This document shows, piece by piece, positions 50,601-60,959 of a DNA stretch of 64,000 bases (position 1 is its first letter; every line of letters starts with the position of its first letter). The notes below the pieces were generated by a model. That model saw nothing but the letters and a program-made list of their open reading frames with translations, was not told where the DNA came from and made no database searches. Source of the stretch: Eledone cirrhosa (taxonomy: Eukaryota); contig OZ024746.1 of assembly GCA_964016885.1 (NCBI GenBank), forward strand, positions 3,410,001 to 3,474,000, read 5' to 3'. A program made the position numbers and the translations under genes.

Positions 50601-51304
50601 GTGATTTGAGGAAGATTTTCAAACAGGTCAAGTAACCCTATTGATTCATTTCCCTAATTGAGTCAAATGTATGTGATTAGTATTTATTTTGAATCTCTGC
50701 AAATTTGTGGTTGGAAAAAAGATATTTCAGAAAAATGTAATTTTGTCAAGAGTTTGTGTTTAGTATGGTGTGGTGGCTAAGACAGGGTTGACAGAAGACT
50801 GCCAGATAGTTATTGAAGTTGATAATGGTTATTATATTTTATTTGTTCAATTTCTTTCTCTGATATCTTGCAGTCTTACATCTTGAGTATCACCTGTGCA
50901 ACAAATAACATCTATTTGCAGATTTAGATAATAAAACTTTGTTGGAAACACAAATAAAATAGGATTAGACTAGAAGAAAAAATAGAGCTAACTCTACAAA
51001 TTTATAAACATTTTAGAAAACTATTTACAGATTTAACTATTTAAGAAAAATATGTTACACAAATAGAAATGAAAAATATACAAATTATCTCATAAGACCC
51101 ACATAAATATTTCAAGTTATAAAATGTATAAAGCTGCTAACTTTTGATTCACTTTAGAACTGGTAGTGTTTTTGTTTAATTTCATTATCCTTTTTCATTT
51201 TTCATTGATCATTTGTCACTACTTTCTTTACTTTTGTGACTGTCTTCTTTTTGATGTAAATCTCTCCATAAATTTCTCGCTATTTTCCAGTGTATTCTAA
51301 TAAA

Positions 51305-51326
51305 ATTTTGCTTCCTCATTTTCTAG
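51305..51326 (+). promoter_or_regulatory. 3' splice acceptor of a 5'UTR intron, 9 nt upstream of the GTF3C1 ATG
   Basis: ttttgcttcctcattttctag|gtttccaacATG, with a possible branch site ttctaat at 51295. Confidence 0.8.
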
Positions 51327-51335
51327 GTTTCCAAC

Positions 51336-54300
51336 ATGGCTGCTGACTTTGTTGGGGATCTCTTGGATGAAGTGGCTTTAGAAGGGTTAGATGGGACAAC
51401 ACTTAACACATTATGGATACGACTTAAAGACCGCCCAAACTTTGCTTTCAAAATAGATGAACAGTCTAAAGAATTTATCTGGAATTCTTTAGTTATTCAA
51501 GATCAGCTTCAATTCTATGAACTCCCAACTGACCGCCTCCCACTTGTTACCATCAACCATTTTGATTACCAAGACCCTTCTACAGGTCAATGGATTGAAG
51601 CTGCCAAGATTGTTGACTGCTATCCTATTGAAGTAGTCAAAGATAACCCCTGTGTTCAAGGTTCATGCTCCACTTATTCAACTCGGTTAAATATCACAAA
51701 TCAAATACGTTCAGATGATTATCAAAAGCTTTGTAGCCTAGAAGAAGCCGAAGCATTATGGGGCGAAAGAATGGTTATTGTTGCTTCCCAGAATTTACGC
51801 AGTATGTCTCTGTTTGGACCGGACAGAGACCCAAATATGAGGCTATTGGATTTACCGTATTGCATCTTAGAAAGAATTGGCCGGTCTCGTTACATTGGAG
51901 AACTCACCCGAGGACACAACAGCTTAGCTGTTTTTAGTGATTCACCAAAGCTTATGTTTCATTATTTTAAGTTACTGATACGTTTATCACTTGTCCGTAA
52001 GCAAGTATTTGCTATGACCAATGTTGTAAATAAACAGGTCCACACCAGATTATTACATCTACCTCGATTTTACTCTGAAAAGAAATCTCGGTACATGGTT
52101 CTACTAGAACGCCTCACCAGCTACTTGAAGACCAAATACAGCCATCAAGAAGAGGTTGCTATTTGTAAAGAAGATATCGGAATTGATGATCAGTCCTTCA
52201 AGAAGCTGTGTCGGGCTTCTACTAGATATGTGCGGATATTTAATATGAATTACAGAGATATGTATCCAGACTCAGAAATCATTGAGAATGTGAAAAACAA
52301 AAAATATAAGGAGAAAACAGTTCGTGTCATTCAGATGATGAGGGAGTATGGAGTCGAGGAAGATGAAGATGAAGAAGAAATAGAAAGTGATGAAGAAGGA
52401 GAAGATACTGCAACAGTGACTAAAGATGATAAAAGCAAATCAGAACCAATAAAATTATTATGGGAAAGGCCATTTATCCAACAAGCAAATGATTTACTTG
52501 AATGTGCTGGTCCTGGGGGCATGTCTCTTAAAGATATGATGAAATGTATGAACATTTCAACTTTTGAAAGCCGCAGTGTCCTGAAGTATTTGACAAGGAC
52601 CAAAGCATCTCACTCAGTTATGTTAGATGTTGGCAGACAGCGCAAAGCCATGTATATCTCTTATAAATTTGCCAACACTAGTAAGTTGCATATGGATTTA
52701 GAAAAAGAAAGGAACAAAATGCAACAGTTGATAAAGTCAACTCCTAAACTCCCCTTTAAATCTACGCCCCAGCAGAAGGAGTTGACGTCTGAACAAAATA
52801 ATAAAGATTCAGCCCCACGCACTAATTCAAGTGAAAGCAATCAACAAGATGCTAACATTGAGTCTGTAATGAATATGCAGGAAGAGGACGATACTAAGAA
52901 ACCACGCCTCACTTCAAAGGTCCTACAACGGACCAACTGGATCATTGAAGCTGTCCAAGAAGCTAAACTAGTTGACAAAACATTTGCTTTAAAGAATATG
53001 ATTTTAAACAAAGAAAAGGCCATGGGTGAATCAACACAAATTGACAAGAAATCTGTCGACCGTATCCTGCGACGTCTGCAAAAGAATGGACAGATCCGGT
53101 TAATAAAAACCATAATTAAAACTGATAATAAACAAAAAGAATTAACTTTCATTTGTGATCCCAGTATTACACCCGATCATCAAATAGTGAAGAGTGCTAT
53201 AGAACAAGCCAAACTGAAATATTTTGGGGTTTGCAAAGAGCATTTACGTGAATCTGAGCGTATGAAGATGAACAGCCGTTTGCTTATGAAAGATATGCCT
53301 CCTAGTGTCCAAGATAGTGTGCGCAAACTGCATGACCACCGAAGTAAGATGAAAGCATGTGATATGCGTTACGATCCGTCATACATGAGAAAATATGGTG
53401 TCTTACCAAAGTTTCGCAAAGCTGAAACTGTCCATAAGTTATTATGGTATTTAATATATGCTAATCGAAACAAGACACCCATACCGAATGACCAAATTCG
53501 TAAAGATCCTGCTTTGGAGGTGAAAGCTGACCCTGATAGTGACATCACTACTACCACAACTTATGATTCTCCTCAGGCCCTTATACCTGAGACGGATGTT
53601 GATGGTAATGTGGAGTGGAACATAAAATCAACTGAAAGTGTCCCTCCTGTTTATGTTGATGACAATTCATGGCGGCGTTATCTTGCACCTTTGCCTCTAC
53701 ATTCTGGATTCCAGGTCGGCTGGTGTCTTATCAGTGACGTTTTGCTTTTGTTACCCCTACAGTTATTTTGTCAAATAGTCTCTCTTCCATATAAAATTAA
53801 TGGTCTGAAAGAATTTCTTGCAGATCCTGTGAAACGCTACTATCCTATAACTTACCTGCCTTTTAAACTTACCCAGCAACTCCTCTATGCTCGTCGTTAC
53901 ATATTTACGTTTTATGAAGTTTGTACATTACTCTGTCAAATGGGGTTACTCTCATTTGGAGATCAAGTCCTCAAAGAGAAAGACCAAGTGTTTATTTACC
54001 TTCACAAAAATGCTAAACTGGTTGATACGAAAAGTTCTGTTGTTGGCTACTGTCAGGTTCGACCACCTGAAGGACAAACATTTCCAATTGAATCCTTTCA
54101 TTTAGATAGCTGGGAAGTTCTTGAAAATTATTGGTTCTGTTTTAGAGTCACTGCACTGAATACTCCCTTAGGAAGATATCACAAAGTGGTCGATGAAGTA
54201 AAATGGGAAGAAGAACATGGTGTAGCCCCAGTCTCTTATAGCTTGTCTGATGCTCAATCTGCAAAGACACCTGATACAATTTTTGACAATGGTGCCATCC

Positions 54301-57300
54301 CTGGTGATGGATTAGGCGCTGCCGGCTTCGACTCTTCTCTATTTTGCCATATCTCTCGGAATTGGTTTTGGTATGCTGAGACCAGTCAATGGAAGAATAT
54401 TGTTAAAGAAAAAAGAGTAGATAAAAAATCTAGTGATGTAATATCGCCCTTACATCCAACTATCTTTGAAGAGAATTCTCTTAGCCAGAGACTTCCTCGA
54501 CTTTTTGGACCAAAAAGGAGACTGGCGCTTGATAAAAATAATGAGACTGCTGAAACTTCTGGGAAAAAAAATGAAAATACAAATGAGAAAGGAACAAAAT
54601 CGAAATTTCCTTTGACAAAAATTCCCAAACCCAAAAAACGGAAATTATTTGGTTATTTGAACAAAGGATTGAAAAAGAAAGCTCGGAAACGAACCGAGAT
54701 TTATGATGAACGAGATAAATTAGCTTTAAAACGAAAAACAAAAGAAAGGGTTGTTTGGTCACAGCAGGAAGACAGCTTTCTACTTCTGTGCAAAGTTACC
54801 AATCTTTTTATGGAAAATAGAAGGCCTAATGTACTTAGCCGAATGATTGTTTCCTGGACCAAAATTCGAGATTTACTGATGGATAAATACCCAGAATATG
54901 CTAAAGATAAAACCTCAAAAGCATGCCAGCGAAGAGTGTCGTTCGTTCTGAAGAATCCTCAAACAGTCCTCAATGTTTCTGCATTTCTCCAAGAAGCATT
55001 GCATGACTCCAAACTTATGGAAGATTTTGGTTACAAGAGATTCAAATACGTACAGGATGATGAAACTGATAAAATATTTGAGGATCTTGTAAATCGACTT
55101 ATTGAGAAATTTTCTTCAGATAAATACACACAAAGATGTGATCTTCCTAATTCTCTGAATCAGCTTAACAATAACTACAATTTGACCCAAATTGGTAAAT
55201 GGAAGAAAGTTTCTGAACCTAAAGATATTACTCGGGTGGATGATATCTATGCTACAGTATTGCATAATATTATACACAGTTACTTATCACTGAATGATAA
55301 ACAAGGTAGAGCCCATGAAATGTTCCGTTTATTTAACCAGTATCCAGAGAGCTTAATGAACGAAGTATTTGCACAAATGCAGTCAGACCGTATGATTACC
55401 CGAGTTAAGAAGAAGGCAATTAAAAATAAACAGAAAGAGGCAGATCTTTCTTCCTTAAATACTCATCAACTGAGTCAAAAATACAATTATTATTTTATTA
55501 GTAGGTTTCCTGCTAATTTATTCTCTGACATCTTTGAGATGGTTGATTTGGTGGAATCAGCCTCAACTGAAGGTTACAATGTGTCTGATGTACCAAAGGG
55601 AGGGTATGCAGCTTTTATAGTTTCCATAGTTGGCCTTCAGTTAGCTAAGTTTGAAGTAACAATACCTGATAAAATTATTGTCCTTGATCCTGAGGGAATG
55701 AAATCAAATCCTATTGGTCGAGGTAAAATTCCTAAAGCAAATGAACCTGAAGATGCTTCTGTTGCTGATGAAGATCTCCAGGGACCTGACACTTTCCCAA
55801 AGTCTCCTGCAAATGAGTCTTCTACAGAATGTGAAAGCTTTTCCCAGGAAATTCAACCGAGTGGACGGAAGAGGCCACGCGAAGACAGTACAAACAAGGA
55901 AGCTTTAACAGATGATGATTCTGTACCTAGTGCACCAAAAAACAAGCCATTCACTTCCAATGCATCAAAACCGTTGGTAATCAGGCCTCATCATTTACCC
56001 AGGAAAACAAATGCGAGAGTTTCTCGAGTAACTTTGTCGCTTGCTCGATCTGAAAATATCACAGGTTTGAACCTGCGTGAATTAAACCCGCAAGATAACT
56101 TTGTAATTAACAGTTGTGTTGTTAAAATAAGTCTTCTTAGTTCTTTGTTGCCTAAATTTCATGGGAATACGGAGAAAGATGTTCTACTTGTGGAGTCTGC
56201 ATCCTCATCAGGAGACATTTTATGGATCACTGAAAAAGTGTTTAAGAACATTATAAGAAAACAATATCAATTAGTACCCCAGCCAGAAGAAGTGTCTACA
56301 ATCTGGGAGAATCTTCGAAAGCAGAGCAATGTGTCAGCTCGTGATATTGGTCTTCTACAACAGATATTGAGTGTTATTGAAAGAGAACAGATGATGGGAA
56401 TCCGCAAATATGATCTACAGAGTCATTTCCAAAATCGGTGGTTACAAGTTAAAAAGTGTGTAAATGTCCTTGAAAAACATCAACTGATTCTAAAAGTTGG
56501 TGTCACAGTAGAACGATATGTTTCGATTAAATATTCACGTCCATGGATTATACACGCTTTTAAAAACACCCGTGGTCGATCAGATCAAAACAACATAGAT
56601 GATTGTTTCTCTGATTTACTCTCTAGCCCAGAAGAGGAATACACCAAATCTTTCACATCTCTTGATGAATCAAATATTGCAGATTCTGGTGCATCAGCTT
56701 GCGATGCTGCTTTAAATGCACTGAAACAACTTGAAGCTGAATGTAACTCCAATTGCACACTTAACCTTAGCTATCAGTCAACACCATCATGTAGTTCAAA
56801 TAGCAGCACATTTGGGTTGGCTAGTAGCAACCGGATGACAACTAGTACCTCTCAACCTCCAGAACAGGAATTCGACAACAGAGAAGATGATGATGTTATA
56901 TTACTTGAAGAAGGTCCAAGCACAGCAGCTAATTTTTCAATGAGTAAGCGAGTTAGGAAGAAGCCTGCCAGACTAGCGTTGAATGAAGATACTTCTTGTA
57001 CAGCACCTTCATTGAGTACATACAAAAAAGTGCGTGTACTGTGCCGTCCATGGAGAAAGCCTGAAGGTTTGCTCAATAGAAATGTGTTAAAAATGATGCT
57101 TGAATCGCTTATGTTTTTCATCATGTCCAAGCCTGGCGTGTCCGAAGAAACAATTTTTGCCAAGTACAATCCTGTTTTGCAGCCAGTACCCATTAAAGAA
57201 CTGTTGGGACTTTTGGAAGATATTGGTTGTGTCTCAAAGACAATATTGAGGAAACCAAGGTGGATCTCAGTGTTTAGCAAAACAAATTCCATTGAGGAAG

Positions 57301-57410
57301 TTGAAGAAGACCACGAAGGGGATGCTATTATGTATGATGTAACTTTGGAAGGGACTTTACGAATGGGACAATTCCTCAGTCATTTGATGTCATCCAAAGT
57401 GTCACATTGA
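51336..57410 (+). CDS. GTF3C1: General transcription factor IIIC subunit 1 (TFIIIC220, B-box-binding subunit), 2024 aa, single coding exon
   Basis: N-terminal LLDEVALEGLDGTTL..LW.RL; B-block domain YCILERIGRSRY.GEL; IDKKSVDRIL; YARRYIF; PGDGLGAAGFDSSLF.H..RNW; WSQQEDSFLLLC; C-terminal RPW....G.LN...IMSKPG. Start in aacATGG context. Confidence 0.95.
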   Translation: MAADFVGDLLDEVALEGLDGTTLNTLWIRLKDRPNFAFKIDEQSKEFIWNSLVIQDQLQFYELPTDRLPLVTINHFDYQDPSTGQWIEAAKIVDCYPIEVVKDNPCVQGSCSTYSTRLNITNQIRSDDYQKLCSLEEAEALWGERMVIVASQNLRSMSLFGPDRDPNMRLLDLPYCILERIGRSRYIGELTRGHNSLAVFSDSPKLMFHYFKLLIRLSLVRKQVFAMTNVVNKQVHTRLLHLPRFYSEKKSRYMVLLERLTSYLKTKYSHQEEVAICKEDIGIDDQSFKKLCRASTRYVRIFNMNYRDMYPDSEIIENVKNKKYKEKTVRVIQMMREYGVEEDEDEEEIESDEEGEDTATVTKDDKSKSEPIKLLWERPFIQQANDLLECAGPGGMSLKDMMKCMNISTFESRSVLKYLTRTKASHSVMLDVGRQRKAMYISYKFANTSKLHMDLEKERNKMQQLIKSTPKLPFKSTPQQKELTSEQNNKDSAPRTNSSESNQQDANIESVMNMQEEDDTKKPRLTSKVLQRTNWIIEAVQEAKLVDKTFALKNMILNKEKAMGESTQIDKKSVDRILRRLQKNGQIRLIKTIIKTDNKQKELTFICDPSITPDHQIVKSAIEQAKLKYFGVCKEHLRESERMKMNSRLLMKDMPPSVQDSVRKLHDHRSKMKACDMRYDPSYMRKYGVLPKFRKAETVHKLLWYLIYANRNKTPIPNDQIRKDPALEVKADPDSDITTTTTYDSPQALIPETDVDGNVEWNIKSTESVPPVYVDDNSWRRYLAPLPLHSGFQVGWCLISDVLLLLPLQLFCQIVSLPYKINGLKEFLADPVKRYYPITYLPFKLTQQLLYARRYIFTFYEVCTLLCQMGLLSFGDQVLKEKDQVFIYLHKNAKLVDTKSSVVGYCQVRPPEGQTFPIESFHLDSWEVLENYWFCFRVTALNTPLGRYHKVVDEVKWEEEHGVAPVSYSLSDAQSAKTPDTIFDNGAIPGDGLGAAGFDSSLFCHISRNWFWYAETSQWKNIVKEKRVDKKSSDVISPLHPTIFEENSLSQRLPRLFGPKRRLALDKNNETAETSGKKNENTNEKGTKSKFPLTKIPKPKKRKLFGYLNKGLKKKARKRTEIYDERDKLALKRKTKERVVWSQQEDSFLLLCKVTNLFMENRRPNVLSRMIVSWTKIRDLLMDKYPEYAKDKTSKACQRRVSFVLKNPQTVLNVSAFLQEALHDSKLMEDFGYKRFKYVQDDETDKIFEDLVNRLIEKFSSDKYTQRCDLPNSLNQLNNNYNLTQIGKWKKVSEPKDITRVDDIYATVLHNIIHSYLSLNDKQGRAHEMFRLFNQYPESLMNEVFAQMQSDRMITRVKKKAIKNKQKEADLSSLNTHQLSQKYNYYFISRFPANLFSDIFEMVDLVESASTEGYNVSDVPKGGYAAFIVSIVGLQLAKFEVTIPDKIIVLDPEGMKSNPIGRGKIPKANEPEDASVADEDLQGPDTFPKSPANESSTECESFSQEIQPSGRKRPREDSTNKEALTDDDSVPSAPKNKPFTSNASKPLVIRPHHLPRKTNARVSRVTLSLARSENITGLNLRELNPQDNFVINSCVVKISLLSSLLPKFHGNTEKDVLLVESASSSGDILWITEKVFKNIIRKQYQLVPQPEEVSTIWENLRKQSNVSARDIGLLQQILSVIEREQMMGIRKYDLQSHFQNRWLQVKKCVNVLEKHQLILKVGVTVERYVSIKYSRPWIIHAFKNTRGRSDQNNIDDCFSDLLSSPEEEYTKSFTSLDESNIADSGASACDAALNALKQLEAECNSNCTLNLSYQSTPSCSSNSSTFGLASSNRMTTSTSQPPEQEFDNREDDDVILLEEGPSTAANFSMSKRVRKKPARLALNEDTSCTAPSLSTYKKVRVLCRPWRKPEGLLNRNVLKMMLESLMFFIMSKPGVSEETIFAKYNPVLQPVPIKELLGLLEDIGCVSKTILRKPRWISVFSKTNSIEEVEEDHEGDAIMYDVTLEGTLRMGQFLSHLMSSKVSH

Positions 57411-57790
57411 TCTGTTACATAATTGATGACAGATTTCTATTTTTACCTCAATTCCATATGGTCCAAAACAACTCCATCCCCCCTTCAAAAAAAAAAATTA
57501 AATGAAAAAATAAGAAAAAAAGAGACACTCATTTGCTGCATTACTCCAATTTTTGGATTTACACAAAAAAGAAAAAAATGTAATCTTCACTTGTTTTTGT
57601 TCATTATTTCATAAAAAAAAAAGAACCCTGTAGTTTTTAGGACCTGGTTTCTATGTATGCATGGCCTGACATATGTGGAAACAATACACCACTGTGGAAA
57701 TACACAAACTTTTCCTCAATTTCAAATCATTTCATTAACTTGTGACTCATCTGTGTATCAATATATAATTATTTAGATCATAAAACAGTA

Positions 57791-57796
57791 AATAAA
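57791..57796 (+). terminator. Candidate polyadenylation signal for GTF3C1
   Basis: AATAAA ~380 nt after the stop codon, followed by T-rich sequence. Confidence 0.55.
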
Positions 57797-60700
57797 GGCA
57801 CTTGTTTCATTTTTTAATTACTCAAAACCAATTATTTCACTTTTCTCTCAATATTTAATGCTTTCTTGCACATTGAAGTCCAGTATGTGTGGCTCATGTC
57901 ATTGAGGTAATGATTCTACAATATATTCATTGGAATAGTTGTCTTCTACAAACATTCTTACACACAACTCTCATAAATTATACAGTATTCCTTTATTGTT
58001 GTTAGCCCCCAGGTCAACCTTGATTGACCATAATTATGACAAAGGGAGTTCCATTTAGTTTTTTTTCGTGTATTAAGGACTACATTTTCCTTTAAGGTGG
58101 TAGGATGATTTTTGAGGGTGTTATTTGTTGCTATTACAGGCATGTGAGCAGCCATGCTCTTCAACCTTCTTTGCTTGCAGTGGTGAGCTGTGCTTCTGAT
58201 TAGTACCAAATCCAAGCTAGCTGTATTGTATTAGCAAGAGTGCCTCATTAATGCCTCAGAACAGTGCCAGTGAAGGAATATAATTCAGTCTTTAGTTTTT
58301 ACATTGGCCTTTCAGCCATTTCTTCTGCTAATTTATGTTAGATTTGTTTCTATGTGGTTAGACTTTTTAAAACATCTGGAACTTCATTTCTGAAATCTGT
58401 TAATCATCATCATCATCATCATCATCATTTCTCCAGTAGTGGCCCAGTGCCATCAATAATAACAGCAATAGCGTTGAATGTATTTAAATTATGGAGTCCA
58501 GGATTAGTATGTTATATATCAGGATTACTGGGAAATTTGTGTTTTGATAAATTTCTGGTTTGCATATGTTGATTACTGTCATGTGGAAGTTATCAATGAT
58601 AAAAATGATATTTTAATAATTTATTTCTAGGATATAATTACACAAATGTTCAGCATGTATATACACATTTTATACTGGATTAAATGTATGAGTAATAACT
58701 ATTTACAGGGACAAATGTAGGGTTATAACCCAGGACCTAGTGATTGGAAAGTGAATTTATTGTAGCAACATGACTGAGATAGGAAATGTCATGTGTGTGG
58801 GTGTAAATTTTAAAGAGTTATAGATGGAAACATAGAAATACAAACACATGTGACATTATTATAGATGTTAACGTGAATAGGTCCACATATTTTTTATGCA
58901 TTTTGATCTAACATTAACTTGTTTGGGAGTCTTATTTAGCACTGTCAATATTTTCTAATCAAATTTTCCTTAGATCTTGCTGATACATCAACTTAGTCAT
59001 TTTTCATGTAAACATCACTCAATGCTTTTGATGTCCATTTTGTTTTAACGTACAGGCTTTTAAGCTTTCCCCTAAGTAACCCTTTTAATACGAAATCATC
59101 TGGAACCACCTATTCTAATGTGTTCATATTTAAATGTCAATTAAAAGCATACTATAACATGAAATGATATTGTGAGATTTCAGTTTGTCAACACCAGCAT
59201 AATATACTAATATATAAATTAACCTTTTAGAAGTCTCTAAACATTTGCTTGACTTGCTAGAAATATCAGTCAAATCCCCTCAAAATGCACTCTACAGTCT
59301 TAAAAAAGGAAAGACATTTCCCAAAGTTGTCCTGGGGCTTACTACAACAATAACAATCCACACACACAGACAGACAGAGTAAACAGAAACATTGCATCAT
59401 AATCTCATGAAAAAAACCTTTTGTTATATTTATATTCCAAACAATTTATTAATATATAAAAGTTATTTTTTTCTGAAATCCATTCAAATTCTTGAATATT
59501 TAACCCTTTTGATATCAAACTGCTTGAAATTGTTTCTGGTTTTATGACACAAAACTGTATTAAAATGTTTGTATTTATCTAAAATCCTTTCATCATTATG
59601 TAAGAACCTTTTAAGTAATGTTTTAAACACCAAAGTCTTGTTACTAAATTCTCCAAATTCCCTCCAAATACTTGATTATTTTCAAAATTATTTGAAAACT
59701 ATGAGCATTTATTAGAAATATGGCAAGAAAAATGTTCTTATTTGCCCACTTATTCCTGAGAGGGCCATGGGAGGAGAGTCCTCAAACACTCCTACCAGCA
59801 GGTCCTGTCGGAAGCAAGTCTCCAACTAGGAAAAGGGTTAAAAGATTAATTTAAAAACTTTCAGGAGAAATTTTGTCATAAAATGGTTTAAGATGGATTG
59901 TGTTGTTACTTCCATTACATCACACTTTAGAGCCAGACTTGGATGAAAGGGTATACATGTCCGTGGAATATGCAGCCATTTACGAATTGAATGAACATAC
60001 AGTTCAGTTGATAAAACTACTGAATAATAATTGTTGAAAGTGATGGAGATCCATTTACTAACTTATAGTGCTAGGCTGTGCTGTGTGTGTGTGTGTATTG
60101 GACCTGAAAATGAGTACCAGTAATAACTGGGGTTAACCCTGTGATGGTCCCAATGAAGACCATTCAAGTTTTTTGAGCAACAAAATAACATGCTCAACAA
60201 ATTAACTTATAAGTGGCTGAATATTCCAGAGATACATCCTTAATATAATTCTCAGATAAATTCAACATAACACACTGTGTGACATGGCTAACCTTTTGAC
60301 TTAGCTGTGAGTGCCTTGAGCCAGGACTCAACACATCACCTTGAATCAAGCTCATGACCTTATGAACATAAGCCAAGAAACACTATGTTCATTCAATTAG
60401 TTAGTGGCTGTGTATTCCACAGACATGTGGGCATATGTTCAAATTCTACCTCAAACAATGTTTGAGGTAGAATTTGAACATATGCTAATAATTGAACTTA
60501 CTAATAAAATAGAAATGATGTTTGCCTAGATGTTCATAATATTTACATATTTACATGCCACCCATTCTTATTTGTACAGCATTAATACTAAACTCATATG
60601 ATCTTTCACAAGTCATCAACTGTTCCTAAACTTTAATATCTCATAAGTTGGCCTGCAGAGAAGTCAACAAGAAAGCCACTGTGGTTGTTGAACTTGCTAA

Positions 60701-60959
60701 AGGGAACCAGTCAAATCTCTTTAAAAAAATGGAAGGACACATTAGATATGATTATATATTTGAGAAAAGATGGAATGGTTTCAGGGGAAAGACTTGATCA
60801 TAGTAAATCGGACTGCTGAATTGGAATCTGCACGAGACTAAAAACAACAGATGAGATTTTGTTAATTATGATAGCATGGCATCAGATATGTCTGCCAAAG
60901 TGGCATGATCTATGTCTATATATAAATGTGGTAGCATTAGCTATACTAGACAATGCAAC

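Noticed and set aside
52331-57292. Antisense and alternate-frame ORFs within GTF3C1 (likewise within the RTE)
   Set aside because: Shadow ORFs of real coding sequence with no recognisable motifs.
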